Shown here: positions 39,937 to 52,984 of the stretch, one piece after another | How the letters are laid out: the number at the start of each line of letters is the position of its first letter | Position numbering within the stretch: the first letter of the stretch is position 1 | NCBI GenBank assembly: GCA_010909165.1 | Contig: MU008168.1 | Span: 372,001-436,000 of the forward strand | Direction: 5' to 3' | Origin: Anthoceros angustus | Taxonomy: Eukaryota > Plantae > Anthocerotophyta | Length of the DNA: 64,000 nucleotides | Made by a program: the position numbers and the translations under genes | Notes under the pieces: generated by a model | Told to the model about the DNA's origin: nothing | The model's database searches: none | Seen by the model: only the letters and a program-made list of their open reading frames with translations

Positions 39937-41920
39937 CGTTCATGCCCTTGCCGAGAGTTTAGTGCGATATAGCGCCTCCTAACTCCTATCTGCCGAGGAG
40001 AGGACACCGGATGGCTTCCATGGATGTCCTCTGTCGAATGATGTTGAATAGTGTGTTCTCGGCCTCGGTGGTCTCCAAATTGCACATCCTTTAGACGTGT
40101 ACATGCATCCTTCACATTCTTCAATATCAAGGCCGCAAGGTGGCTATCCTTTGTAGTCATGCAATATCTGAGCGTACTCCTTTAGCAATGGCAAGTGGCC
40201 AAAAGTGCCAAGATGTCCTTCCCGCATGATGATGTGTACGCAGAGGTGAGGGACAAAAATGTTGCCCAAGTTGGCGAGCTACTCGTTGTTTCGCGGAGAG
40301 CACTCTCGACTCCCCACAGGCGCCATAGCCCGCTCGCTCTCCACTTTGGCCGTTACTGGTTTGCCTGGCCACCACCCTCATGTCTCCTCCCTCGCGAGCA
40401 TCTAGCCCTTGTTGTTCATCTTCCTCCTCGATAACCCGCACTAACCGGATGTTTGCGGATCAGTTGTTTGGGCCTTTTCCTCGGCGGCCTGCCCATGCTC
40501 GCGCTTCGTGAACGGGCCATGCCACAATACCATCATCGGCATGCTATCGCTGCACACCCTCATGACTCGCACTTTACCAAAAGGCTTGAGTTAAGAGCGA
40601 CACAAGCACCCATTAACAAGGCCCCACACGATACACGAATGGCACGATGGCAGTTACCTCCACCGCCAAGATCTACTTCTTGCAGTTACCACCGACACAT
40701 CACCCAAAGACCGCAAGCTTGAACCAGCGTTGGTATCGGAAGCGTACGGCGCCAATATCCTGTAGCAAACCTAGCATACCGCATCAACCACGGATCGGTC
40801 TGACTCATCATCCACGGTGCACTAGCATCAACATCCATCCGGCCGCCAAACACGATCTCCTCCACTCCGGTGGCGGATCTGAATCTTTGGTTGGTTGCAA
40901 CATAGTGTGACCGCGGAGAGCAACCACGTTCATGCCCTTGCCGAGAGTTTAGTGCGCGATATAGCGCCTCCTCGACTCCTATCTGAGACAGAGAGGACAC
41001 CGGATGGCTTCCATGGATGTCCTCTGTCGAATGATGTTGAATAGTGTGTTCACGGCCTCGTGGTCTCCAAATTGCACATCCTTTAGGCGTGTACATGCAT
41101 CCTTCACATTCTTCAATATCAAGGCTGCAAGGTGGCTATCCTTTGTAGTCATGCAATATCGCAGGTACTCCTTTAGCAATGGCAAGTGGCCAAAAGTGCC
41201 AAGATGTCCTTCCCGCATGATGATGTGTACGCAGAGGTGAGGGACAAAAATGTTGCCCAAGTTGGCGAGCTACTCGTTGTTTCGGAGAGCACTCTCGACT
41301 CCCCACAGGCCATAGCCCGCTCGCTCTCCACTTTGGACGCTGCCGCGTTGACCGTTTGCACAGCCACCACCCTCATGTCTCCTCCCCTGAGCATCTAGCC
41401 CTTGTTGTTCATCTTCCTCCTCGATAACCCGCACTGGATGTTTGCGGATGCTTGTTTGGGCCTTTTCCTCGGCGCTTCTTTCAGCCCATGCGGCTTCGTG
41501 AACGGGCCATGCCACATCATCGGCATGCTATACGCACCGCCTCATGACTCGCACTTTACCAAAAGGCTTGAGTTAAGAGCGACACAAGCACCCATTAACA
41601 AGGCCCCACACGATACACGAATGGCACGATGGCAGATTACCTCCACCGCCAGATCTACTTCTTGCAGTTACCACCGACACATCACCCAAAGACCGCAAGC
41701 TTGAAAGCAGGCAAAGCGTTACGGCGCCGGCATCGGCGAAGCGTGCGCCAATATCCAGCAAACCTAGCATACCGCATCAACCACCGGATCGACATACTCA
41801 TCATCCAGTGCACTAGCATCAACATCCATCCGCCACGAAACTGGATCTCCTCCACTCCGGTGGCGGATCGGTGAATCTTGGTTTGGTTGCAACATAGTGT
41901 GACCGTGCGGAGCAACCACG
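39937..41920. repeat. ~0.99-kb tandem duplication
   Basis: cgttcatgcccttgccgagag at ~39937 and ~40927, with co-linear downstream sequence. Confidence 0.88.
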
Positions 41921-42441
41921 CCAGTTCTTGGTGTCATCACCCACAAGTTCCTACTCCTTCTCCACATCGGACAAATGACAAGTGCACAAGTGCTCATGTC
42001 ACCGACCTTTTGCCGGAGCGTGAGTCCCCAACCACCGATTTCCTCGGCCTTGGCGGTTTTGAGGTTGACTTGTTAATGCCGAGTTGAGCGGTGGTACGCA
42101 ACCCGATCCACTAGGTAAATAATCCAATTCAAATTCCCGCCATAAACCGACGGGCCATGGCCGGTTCATCACAATTGTGGCTAAACGAACTTTGTGTCTG
42201 TGGACAAACCCGTCCAAGTGAACTCAACATTTGTTTATGTGAAATAGATATTTTAATAATCTATATATTTTTATATATTAACGCCAAATACAATAACTCC
42301 TGTGCTATAAGCTGTAAAAAAATTAGATACATCCGGGACGAAATGAATTACATATATTTATATGAACATAGAGAGGACAAATTAAGAGTAAGCCTCATCC
42401 GTCTCACTTAAGTGAGCACCAAAGCATGCTTGCACCCTCTT

Positions 42442-42946
42442 GCTCTACGATTGGGCAAAGCCCTTGCACTTGGTATTATCCGGTAGTTTCCAAAGAAGCG
42501 CCTTATGCTTTGCCACAGCAGCTCGTCGATGCGCGGATCCCGGACGAGCATCCAATCCTTTTGCAAAATCATAACTTGAGGTCAATCTGGCCTCCTGGGC
42601 CTCATGGATGTGCACGGTTTCCTCGTAGCTGAAAGGCGATGGAATTGGAGGTGGCACCACATGCTTTGAGGTTTTGAGCCTCCTTCCCAGCCCTTGCGCT
42701 AGCGACCTTTGTCCTTGTCTTCCCTGAAGACATGCTCCCAGATTTTGCCTCCACAGCCGATGGTTTATGCCCTCCCACACCTCCCGCTCCTGACCGCGCT
42801 GGGGGCGCCTCTTTACCTTCTTGCCCGGGGTTCGAAGCCGACTTCGCCTTGTTCCCAGCTTTCGTTTTCTTCTGCCGTTGCGGCGGCGCTGGGGGGTCGG
42901 CCACTGCCTCTGCCAAGTCCTTCTTGCTCCGCCTCCCGCTCGCCAT
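42442..42946 (-). pseudogene. Probable 5' end of the ParB-methyltransferase cargo gene
   Basis: MASGRRSKKDLAEAV.. basic low-complexity N-terminus; removing the Sola2 element joins ALPNRRAR|AGWVIWATMD into ORF 25762-26055. Confidence 0.55.
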
Positions 42947-43329
42947 CTCCAATTGCGCAAACAAGCAATCGGCCTGGCGGGCGAGGAAATCGTCAACTTT
43001 ATGCGGAAGATGAATGGAAGGAAGGTGATGCTCTAATCACATGGAGGGGCGAACTGTCTCATAAAACACCCGATTGATTGCTGGCTTCCATTGCCTCTCA
43101 AAGCTCGGCCTCATGCTGAATTCTCGCTTCGCGTGGCGCAAAGGGACAAAGCTCGCAATTCAACCGCAATTGTTCTCCAACTCGCCAAGCAACACCATTT
43201 GTATCTTTATGCGCCTCGTTACTTCTCTGAATGGAAATCGCCCCCGCTGCATCTATGAACTCACAAGAGAGGTTTGTAATTAGGGTTCCCTTGCCCCAGC
43301 ATTTATAGACCAAAAGCGTACTTAACATT

Positions 43330-44062
43330 TCACGTTCCACCATATTTCGCTATGCCTAATATAAACTCTTGTCTATCCATAATCACATTGACTTGGTACT
43401 GGCCGGGCACCATAATTGTCGACCATAAAAGGCATGGCGGTGCGATGCCGTTGGATACCTCTCACCGATAGACCATCATGATGTCGTAGCGGAGAGAAAT
43501 AATGTCCTTCCTATCTTTGCGATATGCCTTGGAAGGCACACACACGCCATTCGCATGCAACTTCCTTCACAAATCTCCTCGCCCTTGCAGCGGCGCTCTC
43601 AACAAGGTTCTTGTGAGCGGCGAGGCATACAATGTTGCGCCTCACACACCCGGAAGGACAAGAGGTTTGAGTTCTTTGATGCACTTGCTGCGATTTCGTT
43701 TCCTTGGAGTTTGTTTTATGATTCTAAGTTCGATTGTTTTCGATTGTGGGCTCATCGGCTATCGGGATCATCTTTGGGATCAACACTTGCCTTCCCAATG
43801 TCCCGTGCTTCACGAAAACAAGAGAAGGGAGGAGGTCGGTAAAGGCCGCCACATCGCCGACATTTGTCGCCAACCGTCGTGTGCGGTTGCCATTGCGTAA
43901 GAACGTAGAGATGATGAAGGTTAAATTTCTTCCCTTGATTATAATTGGCGATGGGCGGTGTGAAAATCCACATGGTGTGATCCCGTTGAATATTCGGACA
44001 TTGCTCTTGCAGACGGCAGCAACGTCGACATTTTGCCAAATGTCGCGGTGTTCCTCGAACAC
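43330..44062 (-). pseudogene. Possible further degenerate ORF of the Sola1-like element, function unknown
   Basis: ORF 43724-44062 plus frameshifted protein-like continuation; no motif recognised. Confidence 0.25.
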
Positions 44063-44749
44063 CTAGGAATTTACATCGCTATCTTTGCTTTGGAGGAAGC
44101 CCATCAAGCGCCGTTCAATATTCTTGCTCGCCTCCACTCCGGATGATAGCGGGCCCGGTGGGGGACGGCGATTCCGCCACTTCCGGACACACGATGCCTC
44201 TCAATCCTTCCATCCAAGCCTCGGTGACACTTTGAAGGCCCCGACAACCGCAAATACTCTATCATGCGGAGGCCGGGGTGTCGTTGACAAAAAGTGAAGG
44301 GAGACAATGCTTGCGATTTCAAGAAGCCTTGTTGCAACAAAATGTGTTTGTTAAAGTCGACCAAAAGCGATTTCGGGAGCGATACGCTTCTTGGATGGGA
44401 AGGCGAGGCAGGAGACATTTCTTGATCTCTTGTTGATCGGATGGAGTGCAGGGATAGAAGGAAGCGGTCACACATCTCATGGGAGGCGACTCTTATGCTT
44501 CTTGCTTGAAGGCTTTCAAAGAGTGTATTGCCTTGGGCACAAGAGGTATGAGGAGCTAAAGGCGAGTCTTTCTGGAATCACCTTGGGATGGTTGGACCAA
44601 ACCGAAGGCACAATCTACTTATGCGCTTGATGCCATTTCTTGGATGGACAATGCTTTTATGTTTATGGCCGAGCGGCTTCCTAATTTGGAAGTATTCAAT
44701 CTACTCGACACGTATACAAAGTTGGAAATATGGGCGTTGTACAAGCATC

Positions 44750-47700
44750 TGATGAGAATCATACACAAGCTCTAGCAATATGTGTTGCATTATATTCATA
44801 ATAGAAAGTACATGCCTTTATGTAGGCAAGGTAGTTGTAACCAATAAGTGGTTGTAACAACCACCAATTAAATAACTACTAAAAGAAACTACCTAGAGCC
44901 CTAAGGACTAAATTAATTATTAAGTCCTAGGTGCCCTAGTGAAGAGTGCCCTAATAGTAAGCTATTTTATCACTCCCACTCACTATGAACTAGGGGTGAT
45001 TTTCGACCAAAAGAGGTCTAGGAAAACTAGTCTAGTAAAAACTAGTCCCTAACTAAACTTTACTTAAAGGCATAAAGTAAAACTTAAGGTAAAACTGAAA
45101 GTAATAATCACTATTAAAATAACTCCCACTTAAGGAGAACCGAGATGAGAAACTAATAACCCAACTTCAAGAATAGGTGGAATTAAAACTAATTAAAAGT
45201 ATTTAAGCGGATTTATATATAGAGGAAAATCCAGAAAAATACCCTAATTTCCGAAAAGGAAAATCAAAAGGATAATGGATAATACCCTTCTTCCTCAAAC
45301 TTCACGAAACGCGATCCCGACAACTTGGTGGTTGGTACATGTGCGGTGATGGCGATGGCGGAGGGTGGCTACCCGCAGCAAGGCGCGATCACCGCGGGAG
45401 GCGCCACGTGGGCGCCATCGCGCCCGTGTCCCGAGCCCCGCGGCCCTCTCGCCGCCCGCCGCGCCTAGGCGGCGCTTCCGCGCCATCAAGGCGTCCTTGC
45501 GGGCAAGGGCGCTCACGGGCGCTCTGGCGCCCAAACAAAAGGGCGAGGGCGCCCCTACCGCTGATGCATCCGATCGTGTCCTGCGGTGATGAAGAGTCTC
45601 GCCTCCACGCACCTCGTCCTTCCTGCAGCCTTTCGGAAATCTCCCGCATTTGTCATTGATCCGACCTCATCCTCGGAGGATGAAGCGAACAGATGCCTAA
45701 GGATCCTCAGGGACGCTCCAGCAAGAGGAAAGCTGAAGTCCGTGTAAGATTGCGTCTTCATTTTCGCCATGTCTTCATTTCCCATGTCTTCATTTGTGAA
45801 GCAATTCGATGTGCTCACCAAAGGGGAGGAAGCGCCTAGGTGATGAGGACGTGCCTCCCCCTCAATGAATGATGCCCGCAAAATGCCCACCTCGCCAAAA
45901 GTGTTTGTAGGAAAGATTGCTTGCCCATCTTATGCTTCTAAGAAGAAGCTATGACACAAGTGGATTACAAGGATGCTAACTTGATGGATAAGAGGCGACA
46001 CTTGTGTGTGGCGTTTGCGAGATGGGTGGAGGCATGGGGAGGATATGACAAGGAAGGGCTGGAAAAGAAAGGTGCAATATATTAAATAAGGGTTATCCAA
46101 GATTTTAAGCATCCTAATTTCTATATGAGTTTTAGGATCGAATAACCTAGCATAAATTTTCTGCTTGATGCGTGTAAACACATTTTGTTTCCCTAAGTGT
46201 ATTAAAGACAAAAACATGGGCTATTATAAGCCGAATTCTACCAAAAGGTGACCAGAAAAATAAAGTATACATACTCACCTTAGGTTTAAGTGAAAAGGAG
46301 ATGTCCGGACTCCTATATATGTGAGGAAACTACCATCCACATGATAAAAATAGCAAGTCTCCCATGTGAGGAATTTCCAGGACATATCAAACATATTTTC
46401 CGTAGGTGCCTTTGGTGCTAAGGGAATTTATTGTTTTAATCACATAAATACTGCTTAAATATTATTTTTATTTTTAATATAAATATTCCAGGTTCTATGT
46501 TGGCCGTCTATGAAGAGGAAGGCAGGATGACCTAAGCTATTTTGAGATAGAAGAAGAAAAATGTTCAGAAAAATAGTAAGACAATAATTTTTGGGCTAAG
46601 ATTTTAAGGTTATCTTAAATCGGCCCTAAGGCTAGGGTGAGTATTAGGTTAAAGGTTTGGACAGTGTGTCCATTATACCCAAACATTTCATGTGTTTCCT
46701 ATGTAACTCAATTCCCAATGACTTTGTTAATAAATCAGCATTGTCTAAAGTTTGAACATAACTAATATTTATGGTTTGATCTTCTAACTTTTCCCTTATG
46801 TAGTGATACTCAACAGCTATATGTTTAGTTCTAGAATGAAAAAGCGATTTCGTGCAAGTGCAATGGCACCACGGCTATCACTAAACAAAGATGTAGGCTT
46901 AAGTTGAGGATGGTGAAGTTCACTCAAAACTAACTGGACCACACTATGTCTTTAGAACCGAGGTTAGTACCAGACTCAGTTTTGACAAAGCTATAGTAGG
47001 TTGTTTCTTACTTGACCAGATATTGGTGCTCCTCCTAAGAGTAATACATACCACGATCTGATTTCGTGTGTCGGGGTCACATAATAGCATCGGCATATGC
47101 CGTTAGAGTTAATGTGTTGATAGCTGGTGTATGCTTGAACATCGATCCTGTACATAGTGCCTTTAAGGTATCTCGAATATACGCTTAACAGACATCCGAT
47201 TACTCACGTCGGTTCTCCAAGAATTGTGAGACCGACTTCAAAAGATATATCCGTCTCGTAAAATTGCATAAATATATTAGAGTGCCAACAAAATGTCGGT
47301 ATGGAACGACATTTCTAGCTTTTCTTCACTGTTTTGGGACTCATATAGGTAAGCCTAACACCACTTGCAAAAGGTGTGGGTGCAGCTTTGCATCCTCAAG
47401 TCCAAATTTAGCTAAACTCTCCTTAATATACTTGGTTTGAACTATACTTAGAGTCTTATTACCTCTATTTCGTATAATATTAACACCAAGTGCATATGTC
47501 ATTTCTCCTAGATCGGACATCTCAAATAGAGTCCTAAGCCATGCTTTAGTTTCGGCTAGGAGAGTGAGGGAGTTTGTTGCCATAAAAACATCATCAACAT
47601 AAAGTAGAAGATAAAATATATCATTGCGGATATTAGGATGTACATACAAGCATCACCGGCTTTGCTTAAATCCTCTCCCAATAAGTTGTACATGTATGGT

Positions 47701-50700
47701 TAGTTCCAATTCTTGCTGTTGCTTAAGGCCATACAAACCTTTGATGAGTCGGCATACCCAATCTTCTTTGCCTTTGACTTGTAACCCTCGGGTTGTCTCA
47801 TGTATATTTCCTCTTGCGCCCATACAAATATCTGTCTTAACATCCATCATGTGGAGTTCAAGATCATGTTGGGCACATAAGGCAAATATCATTCAAGTGT
47901 GGCAAATTTGGCTCTGGGGCATAAGTGGCCCAAGGTATGTAATCTAGACCAGAATTTGTGTAAAACCTCCGCTACTAGGCGTGCCTTATACCTTTCTATA
48001 GAACCATCTCCTTTTCTTTTAATTTTGAATACCCATTTGCTGGTTACTATCTTCCTACCCCTAGGTGGTTTGACCAATTCCATGTAGAGTTATTAACTAG
48101 GGAATTATATTAATCTCACTACCTTCCATAAGTCTTTTTCAGGAGAAGAGAAAGCTTGTTTTAAGGTAAGAGGTTCTTCTGGGTCTATAGTTGCCTTGTA
48201 GACAGCTTGAGAATAAAGTGATATAGGGGGTATAGGATCATCAAAAACAGCTAGGTATCCTAAAGGAGGTTCCTTCCAACCTGCAGGACCTGAGATAGTA
48301 GGTCGGGATCTAAGGTTGTACCTTTGTGCAGGTGCATCATCCACAGGAGCGGGATCAACGACAGGATCTGCTGGCTCCACAATGTCATCCTCCAGAGGGT
48401 CATCAAACTCATCATCATGAGTGTCAAGCGCGCCTCTGGGATGTCAACATCGAGTCGTTGAGTTGTACCAGTTGTGGAATAGATGCTAACTCCTCCTCCT
48501 CCGCATAATAGGTTCAACTAAAGGAACACGAAGCGAGAATGGGAAATGGAGTGAAATAATCAGATCATCAAAAATAAGAAGGTCAATGGTCTCATCAAGA
48601 GGAGGACCAAGCCTATCGGCTCACTGGGGAAAAGAGGTAAGACTCATGAAAAGTAACACTCGGCGTATAAAAGTTGCCTTGTAGAAGGGTTGAACAATTT
48701 GTACCTTTGATACCTTGGTAGCCAATGAAAAGTGTACTTAGCTTTGGGATCCAACTTCTTACGCAATGCTTTGGGAATAAAAACATATGCGGGGATCCAA
48801 AAATTCAAGGTGGTCAATAGAAGGCTTCTTGCCAATGAATGCTTCATATGGAGTCATACCTTGAACTGATGTAGGCAATCGATTCATGAGATAGGTTCTT
48901 TGTGGGAGGGCCTCACCCAATAAGCCTTAGATAACTTAGCTTGTACCAATAAGCAACCGTGATCTCTTGAGGCGTAGATTCTTGTTCTGCCACGCCATTT
49001 TGTTGAGGAGTGTAGACAATGTAAGTTGTTGAGCTATACCTTCACTCGACAAAATCCTCAAATTCGATGATGTAAACTCTCCACCATTGTCGGAACGTAA
49101 GGTCTTGAGTTTGTGATCCGTAAGTCTCTCACCCATTTCATGTAGTCCTTGAAGAAGTGAAAGGCATCACTCTTGTTTTTCGTGATGTAGGAAAAGACAA
49201 AGCGAGAAATCATCTGTGAAGGTCAAAAATATCTACTACCACTAAAGGAGGGTGTAGACAAGGGTCCACAAATGTGTGCACTATCTCTAAAGGTGACTTG
49301 GCCCTTTGTGGAGATTTATTTTGAAAGGCTCTTGATGTCGTTTAGTGAGGACACAAGATTCGCACCAAGGTAGGTGTTCAACCTTTGCAAGGCAAGGGTT
49401 CTATATAAAGCTCCCTTAGACATTTGGATTAATTTTTGACTATTAGGATGACCAAGGCGACAATGCCAAAGCATGGTTTGGGTAGGTGTCATTGGGTTTG
49501 GAATGGCAACATTAGCGAATGGGTGGCTCCCACTTGTCGACAATCTATAGAGACCATCATCTAAAGTGCCTGCATTGTATAGTTTCTATCACTTATGAAA
49601 GAGAGAAGACAACTATCGCATAAAGGATCACTGCAGAGTGTGTTCTTGACAAAGACTTGCGGTGATACTAGATTCTTGCACATTGAAGGAACATGGAGGA
49701 CGTGATGAAGATGAAGAACGACTGAATCACACTTGAATACAATCAACCAACACCCGCAATGGGTAGGTTGTGATCATCTCCGGGAGGACGGTGATGTCCC
49801 GTGGTGGTGAGTAAGACTCAAAAGAGTTTCATTGTAACAAATATGTGAAGTAGCTCCACTGTCTAAGTACCATGAGGTATTGGAGGGCTTGGAAGAAGCC
49901 AAGCACAGTGAGCACCTGGAGTTGAGGAAGATTGTTTCTTCAATGTTAGCTCAGTGGGGCCTCCTTGCGAGGTTCCCATTCTTCTTCTTCGACAATCCTT
50001 TTCCATGTGATTTGGGATTCGCACCAATTACATATAATCCCGATCTTCTTGTTACCTCTTGCGGTGTTGAAGAAGATGCCTCTCCATCATGGAAAGTATG
50101 TGCGGGGATATGGGGTCGTTGGAAAGTAGAACCTCGGCCTCGCCTCGTCCTCTTCCTCTACCCTTTGTGAATACATCACTGCGCTTGTTGGCTCTGGAGT
50201 GATGATGGCGTCTGCCTCCTCCGTAGCAATGCTCCAATAAGTTCGAAACACGATGTCGGCTCTTCATTTGGATCTTCATCTGCAGCTTTTCGACATTGCG
50301 AATCGCATTTTGAGTTGTAATGAAAGCCCTATAAGAAGGTGGCAATGAAGATAAGAGAATGACGTAAGCCTCCATCTCCGAGATAGGTACGCCCTTGAAG
50401 ATTCCAAATGGGATCGTGCCAATCGAAATGCATTAACATGATGTTCGATGGTGTCGGACTCCTTCATTGAGAGGTTGCGGAAGTTACGTGAAGCGCAACA
50501 ATACTCATTACATCTCGAGATGAATATAATTGAGCAAGGTGAGTCCACATATCCTTGGAGGTCTTGCAGCGACATGTCTCACCATATGTTGAGAAAGTCC
50601 ACCAATAAATCTTGTGCCTTCTCGTCACGTCCCGGAAGGTTGAAGTTCACGTTCAAATCGGGCGTGTGGCCTTGGAATTGATCCATCGACGATGCCCCAA

Positions 50701-51880
50701 AGGTCTCTTTGCCGCAAAGCTCCTCGCATTCTCAATGACCGGATGTCATAATCCCTTCCATTGAATCTATCTTTCTCTTTGAATCACCATAATGATAATG
50801 CAATGAAGTGTTAGCATTATCATTACCCAATGGGGAATTAGGAGCAGTTTGTTCTTCATTATTGATCACTCCAGCCATTGTAGGTGATTTAGAGGACTAG
50901 GCCTCTCATGATTCTCATCTTCTCTATTGCATGCACGAAACTCTTCTCTTGCATCATAGTCGATTCGGATGATGATAGCATGCTCTCAAATCTCTGCGCA
51001 TTATCAACCTTAGAGAGAATAGACAATTTTGTCCTTAATTCAGATAATTCTCCCTTAAGATCAAAGGATTGGATTCTAAGAGTTGCTAATTGACTATCAA
51101 TTTCTTGAAATCTAAGAGTTTCTATGCTATTTTGTCTTGCAGACTAGAAGATAAAGGAGTACTAATACCGATTCAAATTTGGGATATGTTGGAGCTAATT
51201 CTAATGCCTTGACGTGAATTGGACTAAAACTTCTAGCAAATCACGTCTAGCTAGCTTGATAAACTTCCCTTGATCCGGTTTAGAAATTAAAATAGATGCA
51301 ATGAAGTTTGCTATACAAGAGGAGGTTTCTACTATCTCTCCTCTATAGCTTGTTGTCTTCTATTGCTTCTATGTGTTGGGCTCCTAATTTGTTCTTGTTG
51401 TCTTGCGGGACTACTTCTCTTCTTAACTCTATGCCTTCTCCTTCTAAGGGAACACAAATCCATGGAGGAAGAACAAAGAATTAGTGCATAAAAGCATTGT
51501 TAGAAGAGAAATGTTAGCATAAAAGAATGCATGCAAAGATAGCAATTCTAGGATAAACACAATCCATCTAGGCAAATGCTAGATTAGAAAGTGTCTCCTA
51601 GATAAGCTACTTAGATGCATGAGGATGCACAAACAAAGAGCAAGTGTGCTCGATACCATGATGAGAATCATACACAAGCTCTAGCAATATGTGTTGCATT
51701 ACATTCATAATAGAAAGTACATGCCTTTATGTAGGCAAGGTAGTTGTAACCAATAAGTGGTTGTAACAACTAACCAATTAAATAACTACTAAAGAAACTA
51801 CCTAGAGCCCTAAGGACTAAATTAATTATTAAGTCCTAGGTGCCCTAGTGAAGAGTGCCCTAATAGTAGCTATTTTATCA
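44750..51880 (-). mobile_element. Ty1/copia LTR retrotransposon, full length (7.1 kb)
   Basis: LTRs 44750-44972 and 51659-51880 (TG..CA, ~98% identical); TSD GCATC on both sides; PBS TGGTATCGAGC at 51648-51658; PPT at 44973-44980. Confidence 0.95.
46690..50900 (-). pseudogene. Copia gag-pol (frameshifted)
   Basis: ILLSSLPPSY (gag); WYLDSGATSH (PR); LWHCRLGHPN; LRSDNGGEF (INT); KWVFKIKRKGDGSIERYKARLVA and LLLYVDD (RT); RTKHIAVEYHYIRE (RH). Confidence 0.92.
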
Positions 51881-52896
51881 GCATCGGTCAAGCTCGGCAT
51901 ACGCTATGTGAAGTATCCATGGTTCTTAAAAGCGTGGAGAAGCAACTTCCCAGTAAAATCCCGAGTCCAGCAGTTTTCAACATGCTCGCTTTGCGCTGAA
52001 GAGCACTATAAAATACAAAGCACAAGCAAGATCAAGGTAAATTGCACGATGTGTCTTTCATGTGCTTGTTCCTCGTTGTTGAATTCCACGCCTATCATCG
52101 GCAGGATGTACCCTTCTTCTTCTTCTGTCATGATCGATTCATGTGCTTGCAATGCCCCAATACTTACATTGGATTGGCTTTCCGGGAGAAATTGCGTCCA
52201 ACCCTCTGGTTGGCCGCGGCCCTCTCTGTGGCGGCCGGCGCCGGCGACGCAGCCTCAACGGTGGCGCCGCGAAGGCGCCGGCGGCGGCGCCTTCTGGAAC
52301 CTATTATGATGATTCGGAGACCCCCTCCCAAATCATCCGTCCGGTAGCGAAGGGGAAGGGCGCCGACGGCGCCCTTCCCCATGCCGCGCATGAATGTTGG
52401 TAAGGCGTCTTCAAAACGCTTTTGTATAGGTGCAAAGTCGGGCGGGATGGGCGAGGATGGGGGTCTTTTTATTCTTGATTATGATGTTCGTTTTGGCATA
52501 GAAATACCAGTTGCCTTGGAAGCACATCGTGTGCGGCTCCACCGATGGCGGAAAATGGCTAAACACGAGCAAGAGCTATGTGGAGCCACATAAGTATATC
52601 TTGCTATCAATTGATGGAATGGACCAAAAAAGGCAGATACCTCATCTTCTCGGTGGCGAAAAACCTCGTGAGGAGTGTATTTCGATCCACGTGGTTGGGT
52701 GCATGATTCACAACTATCGCTTAAGCCATTTATTTGCATTATGCGAATTTGCGAACGGAATCTTCGATCACCATTATTCAGACGTTATACATAACTACGG
52801 TGTCACGCCAAGAGTTTTGTACTTGCGGTTGGACAACACATGCGAGGAGAATAAGAACCAGCTGCTTTGCTTAAACATGATAATTTTGAAGGGGTG

Positions 52897-52984
52897 AATA
52901 ATCTCGAAGGGGTTTCGCTAATAATCTCGAAGGGGTTTCGCTAATAATCTCGAAGGGGTTTCGCTAATAATCTCGAAGGGGTTT
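52897..52984. repeat. Subterminal 23-bp tandem repeat (aataatctcgaaggggtttcgct) x3.8
   Basis: Exact copies at 52897, 52920 and 52943, partial at 52966; no spacers. Confidence 0.92.

Larger units (their letters stand above)
34830..42000 (-). pseudogene. Sola2-like DDD transposase (intron-containing, frameshifted, partly duplicated)
   Basis: RPSSNTKDTKRLRT; IQVGQTFEKLKPFYVK..RNLSCRYH; Cys-rich segment; catalytic motifs near 36110, 35850 and 35740; C-terminal GDNFLVFAP..DFYLLRC domain (extra copy at ~32720-33270). Ends approximate. Confidence 0.8.
26060..42437 (-). mobile_element. Sola2-like TIR DNA transposon
   Basis: Perfect 22-bp TIRs GGGTGCAAGCATGCTTTGGTGC (26060-26081, 42416-42437); GRG terminus; TSD TCTT (26056-26059, 42438-42441); transposase motifs VVSVMDF..QIQSMH, ISDDMVHD, DGASQFK, WSYFGSGHGK. 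Confidence 0.88.

Noticed and set aside
52897-52984. 23-bp repeats as a CRISPR array
   Set aside because: Repeats are contiguous with no spacers, there are no cas genes, and they are subterminal repeats of a TIR element.
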